From contig CAYWVZ010000001.1 of the NCBI GenBank assembly GCA_964462215.1, forward strand, positions 26,128-90,127: a stretch of DNA of 64,000 bases. Direction: 5' to 3'. Numbering within the stretch: position 1 is the first letter of the stretch; every line of letters begins with the position of its first letter. Shown piece by piece: positions 57,000 to 64,000 of this stretch. The notes below the pieces were generated by a model that saw nothing but the letters and a program-made list of their open reading frames with translations, made no database searches and was not told the origin of the DNA. A program made the position numbers and the translations under genes. The stretch comes from an uncultured Candidatus Saccharibacteria bacterium (lineage in GTDB: Bacteria; Patescibacteriota; Saccharimonadia; Saccharimonadales; JAUPVS01).

Positions 57000-57298
57000 G
57001 ACCGGATAGGCCTAAGGTTTCGACCGACCGCCGATGCTGGTCTTTTGATATTTCACAGACCGTTTAAGTTGACTCCTGTGAATAATATATCGCGAAAATG
57101 GTTGGAGTAATTTAGAGTACTTAGGCATACGAGTCTGGAACCTTATTGGTGCAATGCGTGTATGAAAAAATTTCTTCGCTCAAACTTACTTTAAACAAGT
57201 CCTCGATATTCTACTATCACTACCATGCCTCCCGGGGTAGGGTTATTTGTAAATGTAAATAGGTAGTTCTATACTCACACTTATAAGCACAGAAAGAT

Positions 57299-58126
57299 TT
57301 GACTATTTTGCTCAGAAAACAACCCATTAGAGTATATTGGTGGCAAAAGCCCGAGAGTCGGCATGGTAATTTTGGGGACGAATTAACTAAATATATACTT
57401 CCGACCATTTTTAAAAGATCAGCAGAGTGGTCACCGCCAACCGAGTGTGAACTGGTTGGTACTGGTTCTATCCTTGAGCATATCGATGTCAACCCTCAAG
57501 GTAAGCCCCTGATATGGGGTTCGGGGTTTCTTGAAAAAGCAGATACAACACTTGATGCCCATCGGTACTCGGTACTTGCGGTAAGAGGAAAACACACCCT
57601 AAAACGAATCCGTAATAAGCCACCAGAGCCTATTATATTGGGTGATCCGGGCTTGCTCGCCAATGAATTATTGCCCAAAAAGACCTACCAGAAAAAATAT
57701 AAAATAGGTGTCATAGCTCACTTTCATGATAAGGATTCAGTATTCCTAAAGAAAATTAGTTCATACCAAGGTGTAGTAATTATTGATGCCCTTGGTGACA
57801 CAATACACACTCTCGAAAAGATCGCTCAGTGTGAGGTCTTGCTATCGTCAAGCCTACATGGTCTGGTTGTAGCCGATAGCCTAAATATACCAAACCTACA
57901 CGTACATATTGGTAATAAACTGGAGGGTGGTCGTTATAAATTCGAAGACTACTACTCGGCATTTAACAACCACACTTTCCGCTCAATAAAGGCTGAGAAG
58001 ATAAAGACCAAAAATGATTTAGAGAATATTGCCAAGAGTATTCGCGAATCCTATGCTCCACCAGCGAACCTTGAAAATATACGTAAGTCTCTTAAAGAGA
58101 TTCTTAGGAAGAACCTACCCCGATAG
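57299..58126 (+). CDS. polysaccharide pyruvyl transferase family protein
   Basis: TTG start. HGNFGDELTKYILPTIF and LLSSSLHGLVVADSLNIP are family-typical. AT-rich gene. Confidence 0.6.
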   Translation: MTILLRKQPIRVYWWQKPESRHGNFGDELTKYILPTIFKRSAEWSPPTECELVGTGSILEHIDVNPQGKPLIWGSGFLEKADTTLDAHRYSVLAVRGKHTLKRIRNKPPEPIILGDPGLLANELLPKKTYQKKYKIGVIAHFHDKDSVFLKKISSYQGVVIIDALGDTIHTLEKIAQCEVLLSSSLHGLVVADSLNIPNLHVHIGNKLEGGRYKFEDYYSAFNNHTFRSIKAEKIKTKNDLENIAKSIRESYAPPANLENIRKSLKEILRKNLPR

Positions 58127-58311
58127 CACAGAGTACTCGTCTGTTGATGAAGATAGAACTTGCCACCGTATACGGTATCTTCAAGCATTCTATAGTCTGT
58201 TTTATAAATACACTCATGGATGGTCTGGAACTTCTATGGTTAAGTGATGCAGTCTGGCTCACGTTACCTAACTTTACAAATGTATGTATGAATGAATGTT
58301 ATAAATATTAC

Positions 58312-58701
58312 ATGACAGACTTACCAAATGGCTTTAGTGAGCGTGTTCATAGTGAACTTGATAGACGAACTAGGGCTGACGCTAAGCGCAGAACTCCTGC
58401 AGTAGCTCCTGTAGATCATGCCAAATTGGCAGAACTGGCAGCATTAAAAGATGTTTTGACAATTGCTCGAGCTTTAGGGCCGCTTGCGCTTGAACACTTA
58501 GGGCAGAAAAGTATTCGTAGTTTTATACAACGTGTTTGCGTTAGAGAAAGTGGCCTGTTCCTTGGTGCAAAGTATACAAATGTGCGTTTTGCCGAAGGCA
58601 GGCTTTTACCAGCATTTCCCCCTGATAGAACTTACCTAAACGCAGATATCGTAGATGCTGGACTTTTGAAGTTTGCCGTAAACCACGAACTTCCTTTGTA
58701 A
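58312..58701 (+). CDS. hypothetical protein (start uncertain)
   Basis: The ORF is open from 58144. ATG 58312 (MTDLPNGF...) is chosen arbitrarily among several; no RBS is visible. Confidence 0.3.
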   Translation: MTDLPNGFSERVHSELDRRTRADAKRRTPAVAPVDHAKLAELAALKDVLTIARALGPLALEHLGQKSIRSFIQRVCVRESGLFLGAKYTNVRFAEGRLLPAFPPDRTYLNADIVDAGLLKFAVNHELPL

Positions 58702-58855
58702 TTGCAGGATGCTCACCTACCCCCACCAGATACTGATAGGATCAAGGACTGGAATCAAAAAACCAGCCTTATGGCCGGCCGCACGATATCGATATTTGCA
58801 CCTAACAGATTACGCAATATTACTAAGCAGTCAGGTCACCTTAGGTGTCCTGAAA

Positions 58856-58873
58856 TGGCTGGGGCGGAGGGAT
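58856..58873 (-). repeat. 18-nt direct repeat of the tRNA-Gln 3' end (att remnant)
   Basis: TGGCTGGGGCGGAGGGAT is identical to 59040-59057 (CCA, acceptor 3' strand, T-stem). Confidence 0.85.
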
Positions 58874-59039
58874 ATCGCCGCCTACGCGGCTTCTCCGCTC
58901 AAGCTTTCTCGAAGCAAGGCTTCTGCGACAGCCTTCGCTCTGCCGAACCCCTCGTTCGCTAACGCTCACTCTATGGGATTCTTAACCCTATCATACCAAA
59001 ACAGCTCCGACAATGTGACTAAAGCCACATTTCCGGAGC

Positions 59040-59114
59040 TGGCTGGGGCGGAGGGATTCGAACCCCCGAATGCTGGTACCAAAAACCAGTGCCTTACCAC
59101 TTGGCCACGCCCCA
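59040..59114 (-). tRNA. tRNA-Gln (anticodon TTG), CCA encoded
   Basis: Reverse complement: TGGGGCG TG GCC AAGTGGTAA GGC A CTGGT TTTTGGT ACCAG CATTC GGGGG TTCGAAT CCCTC CGCCCCA G CCA. 75 nt. Confidence 0.9.
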
Positions 59115-59243
59115 TTGACTATTCATGCCTGTACGGTCGCGGCGCTGGCACCTGCCCCAAGCGTGAATAACAGATAGATTGTAGCGCAGAACGGTGCTTT
59201 TCTCAACTGGCTTGGCGTTGGAGTGCGGTATACTAAGCATAAG

Positions 59244-60503
59244 ATGAATGTTCGAGAACCGCACGATTTTGCCAAGGTGCGCAACCGGCGCCAAGCTAAG
59301 CATGTATTTCGGCGGATCGGCAAGGTGTTTTTGGTTCTTGGGGTGGTACTACTGGGCGTGGTGTTGTTGGGCTATGCCTCGTACGCCCGGGCTTTGCCGC
59401 TGATTACCGTTCAAACCACCATGTTGCCGGCTATCACTGTGCAGGAGGTTACACCGACGTGGCCGGCTCAAGGTCAGGCGGCCGTGGGGGTGCTCGGCCA
59501 AGGCGTGCTGAGCGGCACGCCCAACCAAAAGCCGCTGCCAACAGCCAGTACGGCTAAGGTGATGACAGCTCTGATGGTGCTGCAGAAACACCCGTTGGAG
59601 CCGGGCCAGACCGGCCCGATGTATACCATTACACCCGCCGACGTCCAGGCCTACCGTGATTATGTGGCCGTCGGCGGCTCGGTAGTACCGGTACAGGCCG
59701 GCCAGCAGATCACCCAGTACCAGGCCATGCAGGCGCTGCTGATTCCGTCGGCTAACAACATTGCCGACTTGCTGGCAGTGTGGGCCTACGGTTCCCTGCC
59801 CGCCTATTTTGAAGCCGCCAACCAAAAGGCACAGGAATTAGGAATGACGCAGACCACATTTGCCGGCGATGCCAGCGGCTTGTCGCCCAAGAGCGTCAGT
59901 ACACCGCACGACTTGGTGCTGCTCGGCCAGGCTGCCATGCAGGTACCGGTGATCCGGCAGATTGTCGCCCAAAAGACCGCTGACTTGCCGATTGTCGGCA
60001 CCGTTACTAACACCGACATATTGTTAGGACGAGACGGAATTGTTGGAATAAAGACCGGTAATACCGAGCAGGCCGGCGGTTGCTTTATGTTCGCGGCTGA
60101 CCACATGCTGCCGAATGGCAAGACCGTTACGGCCATAGGTGCCATTATGGGAGCGCCGAACTTGCCGCAGGCTTTTGCCTATACTCCGCCGCTACTCGCT
60201 AGTTTTTATCAGGGATTTGGAGAGATCTCCATCGCACCGGCCGGCGAGACGGTGGTGCGTTACGGCGTGCCGTGGAGCGGCTCGGCCGCGGCGCAGACAA
60301 CGCAAGATTTATCAGTGGTGGGCTGGTTGGGCACCAAGCCTACGGTAGCGGTGGCGGCCGAGCCGCTCCGGGTGCCGGCTGCCGCCGGCACCCCGGCCGG
60401 TGCGCTGCGCGCCCAGACTCCGTATGACGAAGCCAGCGTACCTATCGTGCTGGCTCAGGCTGTAGCCGAACCGACCTGGTACTGGCGGGTCACCCGCTTC
60501 TAA
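59244..60503 (+). CDS. serine-type D-Ala-D-Ala carboxypeptidase (S11, PBP5/DacB-like)
   Basis: TM FLVLGVVLLGVVLLGY. ASTAKVMT (SxxK), IPSANN (SxN), IKTGNT (KTG). Confidence 0.85.
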   Translation: MNVREPHDFAKVRNRRQAKHVFRRIGKVFLVLGVVLLGVVLLGYASYARALPLITVQTTMLPAITVQEVTPTWPAQGQAAVGVLGQGVLSGTPNQKPLPTASTAKVMTALMVLQKHPLEPGQTGPMYTITPADVQAYRDYVAVGGSVVPVQAGQQITQYQAMQALLIPSANNIADLLAVWAYGSLPAYFEAANQKAQELGMTQTTFAGDASGLSPKSVSTPHDLVLLGQAAMQVPVIRQIVAQKTADLPIVGTVTNTDILLGRDGIVGIKTGNTEQAGGCFMFAADHMLPNGKTVTAIGAIMGAPNLPQAFAYTPPLLASFYQGFGEISIAPAGETVVRYGVPWSGSAAAQTTQDLSVVGWLGTKPTVAVAAEPLRVPAAAGTPAGALRAQTPYDEASVPIVLAQAVAEPTWYWRVTRF

Positions 60504-61267
60504 TTTGCAGCGTAGGTCGGTGCCGGCGGCAGGCCGAAGTATTCTTCTAGTGTTTGGCCGCTGGTCATGACTTTCTCGGCCAGGTCTTTGCCAATGTAAC
60601 GAAGGTGCCATGGTTCGTAGACGTAGCCGGTAACACTGTCTCTTCCAGGCAGATAGCGCAGAATAAAGCCGTAGCGGGCCATGTTTTCGGCCAGCCATGT
60701 GCCCTCGGCCGTTTCGCCAAAGCAGGCTTCGAGCTGGCACTGACCGTCGGCTCTTCCTAGATCGACGGCCAGGCCGGTTTGATGCTCGCTAAAGCCCGGC
60801 CGGGCGCTGTCGGTGTCGGCTAAAGCCTGGCCTTTTTCGGCAACGTATCGGTTATACACGCTATATTGAGTGGCTTGCGAACGGTAGCCGCTGAGCAGCA
60901 GTAGGTTCAGCCCTGCCGCTTTGGCATCGGCCACCAGATTTTCCAGGGCGGCAGCCGCCTCTTGCCGCATATGCATTTCTGAGGTATCGCCGCTCAACCG
61001 CAACGGAACGTTCGGTACGACCAAATCGGTCGGCGCGTAGCCGTCCGGCAGCGGCCGCAACTTATTGACGACCACCGTGATGCTGCTGGGGTTGTCCAGG
61101 TCAGGAGCCGGCCGGCTGTCCGCAGGAGCTGACGAGGACGTATCGCTTGCCGCTGGCGCTCCGGCTTGGCGGTGGTCGGGCCACAAAACAAATACCAGCA
61201 ACAGCAAGCAAATAGCTGCAACTGCAATCAATTTGATATTTCGCCTAACTGGTGTAGTAAACGCCAT
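60500..61267 (-). CDS. M15-family (VanY-like) D-alanyl-D-alanine carboxypeptidase
   Basis: TM IKLIAVAAICLLLLVFVLW. SGYRS, SEHQTGLAVDL, YEPWHLRY. Confidence 0.85.
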   Translation of the reverse strand: MAFTTPVRRNIKLIAVAAICLLLLVFVLWPDHRQAGAPAASDTSSSAPADSRPAPDLDNPSSITVVVNKLRPLPDGYAPTDLVVPNVPLRLSGDTSEMHMRQEAAAALENLVADAKAAGLNLLLLSGYRSQATQYSVYNRYVAEKGQALADTDSARPGFSEHQTGLAVDLGRADGQCQLEACFGETAEGTWLAENMARYGFILRYLPGRDSVTGYVYEPWHLRYIGKDLAEKVMTSGQTLEEYFGLPPAPTYAAN

Positions 61268-61343
61268 ATGCTGACAGTATAGCGCATATGGCGCTCGCTA
61301 CCCTTGCCAACAGGGGCTGATTCCATTACAGTAACACCTAAGA

Positions 61344-62273
61344 ATGCCAGAAGAAATCGCCAGCCAGGTGGCGGACTACATCCATCCGCTTAATATGAAC
61401 GGCCTTAAGGGTCGGATGTTGCGTTTACCGCCTCCGCCTGGCAAGACCCGCGAGATCCTATTTATTTACGGGCACCATTCCAGCCTGGAGCGCTGGTGGG
61501 GCGTGGTGCAGGCGCTCAACAAATACGGCGGCGTCACTATGCCCGACTTGCCGGGTTTCGGCGGTATGGATAGCTTCTATAAAGTCGGCCAGAAGCCAAC
61601 TATTGATAATTTGGCTGATTACCTGGCCTCGTTCGTTAAACTGCGCTACAAACGCAAAAAAGTCACTATTGCCGGCTTGTCTTTCGGCTTTGTGGTGGCC
61701 ACGCGCATGCTGCAGCGCTATCCGGATTTGGCCAAGAAGGTTGACCTGATGGTTAGCGTGGTTGGTTTTGCCCGCCGCGACGACTTTACGTTTAGCCGGC
61801 CGCGCTACTGGTCGTACCGCTTGGGTGCCGGCTTTTTCTCGCACCGTCCGACGGCTTTTTTCTTCAAGAACATATTCCTTAATCCGTTGGTGTTACGGGC
61901 GGCCTATGCCCGCACCAATAATGCCCAGCACAAGTTCAAGCAGAAATCCAAGGCCGAGAAAAAGAAGTTGATGGATTTTGAGATTCACCTGTGGCATTGC
62001 AACGACGTGCGGACCTACATGTACACCACCGTGCAGTTTTTGAAAGTTGATAACTGCGGCCGGCCGGTTAAGGTGCCGCTGTGGCATGTGTCGGTCAAAG
62101 CCGACCAGTATTTTGACAATCACCTGGTTGAACAGCATTTGCGGGTGATCTTCGCTGACTTTCATCAGGTTCAGGCGCCGATGGACACTCACGCGCCCAG
62201 TATTATCGCCGATGCTATGGTCGCCTCGCAGTTGTTGCCGCGGCGCTTGCGCCAAGTGCTGGCCAAAGGCTAG
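61344..62273 (+). CDS. alpha/beta-fold hydrolase
   Basis: 309 aa. ILFIYGHHSS, IAGLSFGFVVA (GxSxG variant). Confidence 0.6.
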   Translation: MPEEIASQVADYIHPLNMNGLKGRMLRLPPPPGKTREILFIYGHHSSLERWWGVVQALNKYGGVTMPDLPGFGGMDSFYKVGQKPTIDNLADYLASFVKLRYKRKKVTIAGLSFGFVVATRMLQRYPDLAKKVDLMVSVVGFARRDDFTFSRPRYWSYRLGAGFFSHRPTAFFFKNIFLNPLVLRAAYARTNNAQHKFKQKSKAEKKKLMDFEIHLWHCNDVRTYMYTTVQFLKVDNCGRPVKVPLWHVSVKADQYFDNHLVEQHLRVIFADFHQVQAPMDTHAPSIIADAMVASQLLPRRLRQVLAKG

Positions 62274-62323
62274 CCTTTGGCCAGCCGCCGCTGCCGGCGC
62301 CAGGGTGCTATACTAAAGGTAAT

Positions 62324-63466
62324 ATGAAGATCGGCATCGTTTGCCCCTATGACATTGTGCGCGGCGGCGGCGTGCAAGAGCACGTCTTGGCGCAAGCGCG
62401 CGAACTGCGCAGGCGGGGCTACGAGGTTATAATACTCACGCCGCGCCCTCGCCACCAGGACCTATCCAAGCTCAATCTCAAGCAGTATATCTTTATCGGC
62501 AACTCGGCTATGGTCAAGACACCGCTCAAAACTTCTCTGGAGCTGGGCGTTAGCTTAAGCCGTGACGAAGTGGATGACATCTTGGCCCGCGAACAATTCG
62601 ACCTGCTGCATGTTCACGAGCCGGAGGTGCCGATTGTCGGCGGCCAGATCGTAGCTAAAGCCACCTGTCCGGTGGTGGCCACCTTTCATGCCGTTTACCC
62701 CGAAACGCCGATGGGCCGCACCATGGGAACCCTGCGTATCCCCTATTCGCATTCTATTTTCAGCCGCCTAACCGAACTGACGGCCGTATCCGAAGCCGCC
62801 GCCGGCTTTGTGCGCGAACAGACCAAGCGGCCGGTGCGCATCATCCCTAACGGCATAGACCTGCAAAAGTACCGGTTCGAGCCGCAGACACCGCCTAAAC
62901 GCAAGACGATCGTATACATTGGCCGTCTGGAAAAACGCAAGGGGCTGACTTATTTGCTGAAGGCTTATGCTAAACTGGCGCAGCAGCGCGACGACCTGGA
63001 ACTGGTGATAGCCGGCGAAGGCCCGTTGCTTAATAGCTTACAGAATTACGCCGCCAACCACCGGTTGCCGCGAACCACGTTCGTTGGCTTTGTTAGCGAG
63101 GCCCGCAAGCTCAAACTGCTGCACCAGGCAACGGTTTTTTGTTCGCCGGCGCTGTACGGTGAAAGCTTTGGTATCGTTTTGCTGGAAGCTATGGCCAGCG
63201 GCACGGTTATCGTGGCCGGCGACAACGCCGGGTATGCCGGTGTCTTGCGCGGTACCGGCCGCCAGGCGCTGGTTAACCCCAAGCATACCGCGGAGTTTGC
63301 GCAACGGCTCGACCTGATGCTCGACGACCAGGCTATTCGGGCCGCCTGGCTAAAGTGGGCTCAAAAACACGTCAAGCAATTTGATTACCCGCGTGTAGTC
63401 GACCAATACGAAAAAGTCTATCGCCAAGCCGTGCGCCAGACTCGCCGGAAAGGCACGAAAACATGA
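62324..63466 (+). CDS. GT4 glycosyltransferase (PimA-like)
   Basis: MKIGIVCPYD..RGGGVQEHV; C-terminal ESFGIVLLEAMASGTVIVAGDNAGY. Confidence 0.8.
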   Translation: MKIGIVCPYDIVRGGGVQEHVLAQARELRRRGYEVIILTPRPRHQDLSKLNLKQYIFIGNSAMVKTPLKTSLELGVSLSRDEVDDILAREQFDLLHVHEPEVPIVGGQIVAKATCPVVATFHAVYPETPMGRTMGTLRIPYSHSIFSRLTELTAVSEAAAGFVREQTKRPVRIIPNGIDLQKYRFEPQTPPKRKTIVYIGRLEKRKGLTYLLKAYAKLAQQRDDLELVIAGEGPLLNSLQNYAANHRLPRTTFVGFVSEARKLKLLHQATVFCSPALYGESFGIVLLEAMASGTVIVAGDNAGYAGVLRGTGRQALVNPKHTAEFAQRLDLMLDDQAIRAAWLKWAQKHVKQFDYPRVVDQYEKVYRQAVRQTRRKGTKT

Positions 63467-64000
63467 AAATCGGCTTCGTACTGGACGACGGCTTGGATAG
63501 CAATGACGGCGTCCAGCAATATGTCTTAACGCTCGGAAAGTGGCTGGTCGGTGCCGGCCACGAAGTACAGTACCTGACCGGCGAAACTAAGCGAACCGAT
63601 ATACCTAATGTTCATAGTCTCAGCCGCAACATCAAAGTGCGGTTCAATGGCAACCGCATGTCCATACCCACACCGGCTCTTGCCTACCCTATCCGTGAAC
63701 TGCTCAACCGCGAGCAGTTTGACATTTTGCATATCCAGATGCCCTACAGTCCGGCGCTCGGTGCCAAGGTCGTTAAATACGCACCGCGTGGCACGGTTTG
63801 CGTCGGTACATTCCATATTTTGCCGTTCGGCTGGCTGCAGCACGCCGGATCACAGTTGCTAACCTGGTGGCTGCTGCCTTCTTTACGGCGGCTCAGGCGG
63901 GTTTGGAGCGTGTCCGCACCGACCCAGGCCTTCGCGCATGAGCTCGGTATTGCTTCTGAGGTTCTGCCGAATGTCGTTGACACCGCTCGCTTTACCAAAG
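63463..64000 (+). CDS. GT4 glycosyltransferase, second of a tandem pair; 3' end beyond the window
   Basis: Manual ORF: ATGA overlap with the previous stop. MKIGFVLDDGLDSNDGVQQYVLTLGKWLVGAGHEV... stays open to the window end. Confidence 0.7.
   Translation, partial: MKIGFVLDDGLDSNDGVQQYVLTLGKWLVGAGHEVQYLTGETKRTDIPNVHSLSRNIKVRFNGNRMSIPTPALAYPIRELLNREQFDILHIQMPYSPALGAKVVKYAPRGTVCVGTFHILPFGWLQHAGSQLLTWWLLPSLRRLRRVWSVSAPTQAFAHELGIASEVLPNVVDTARFTK

Noticed and set aside
58702-59323. ORFs 58702-58962, 58709-59170, 59094-59303 and 59123-59323 around tRNA-Gln.
   Set aside because: They overlap the tRNA gene and its repeat, lack an RBS, and give implausible translations. The region is better explained as tRNA plus an att remnant.

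Overview
This is a 64-kb window from a moderately GC-rich bacterial chromosome that uses the standard genetic code (TGA and TAA terminate conserved genes such as atpG and atpD). The main feature is a ~21-kb AT-rich island (about 6.0-26.9 kb) abutting tRNA-Asn(GTT). At least six same-orientation copies of the tRNA 3' end plus its terminator hairpin divide it into modules. Three modules are single-gene cassettes with no integrase: an EEP nuclease/phosphatase, an S66 LD-carboxypeptidase and an orphan PurM homologue. The largest module looks like a defence island. It holds a type IIG RM gene translationally coupled to three partners (an unknown protein, an Abi_C-like protein and a DUF2779 dual nuclease). 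It also holds a large serine recombinase, a TIR-like protein, and a split DUF4011-like / SF1 helicase / DUF559 nuclease pair. The adjacent module carries a ParB-fused orphan methyltransferase. A second, smaller AT-rich islet with an 18-nt tRNA-end repeat lies next to tRNA-Gln(TTG). Core content: a membrane-anchored secretory-lipase homologue and an LANTG-anchored beta-helical surface protein come first. Small VOC/PhnB-like, YdeI-like and DUF488 genes follow. A glycan-handling block contains GH13, GT4, GH15, smpB, a TIM-barrel GH and GT2. Next come a thermonuclease, a cob(I)alamin adenosyltransferase and a glutaredoxin. A complete F1Fo ATP synthase operon (atpBEFHAGDC) carries two extra translationally coupled small ORFs. 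The remainder holds an aquaporin, a UvrD/RecB-type helicase-nuclease, a Cu/Zn SOD, a four-gene exopolysaccharide operon, two peptidoglycan carboxypeptidases and GT4 glycosyltransferases. The gene content would fit a small-genome monoderm such as Patescibacteria/Saccharibacteria, but that is inference only. All family assignments come from reading the translated ORFs by eye; no database search was possible.
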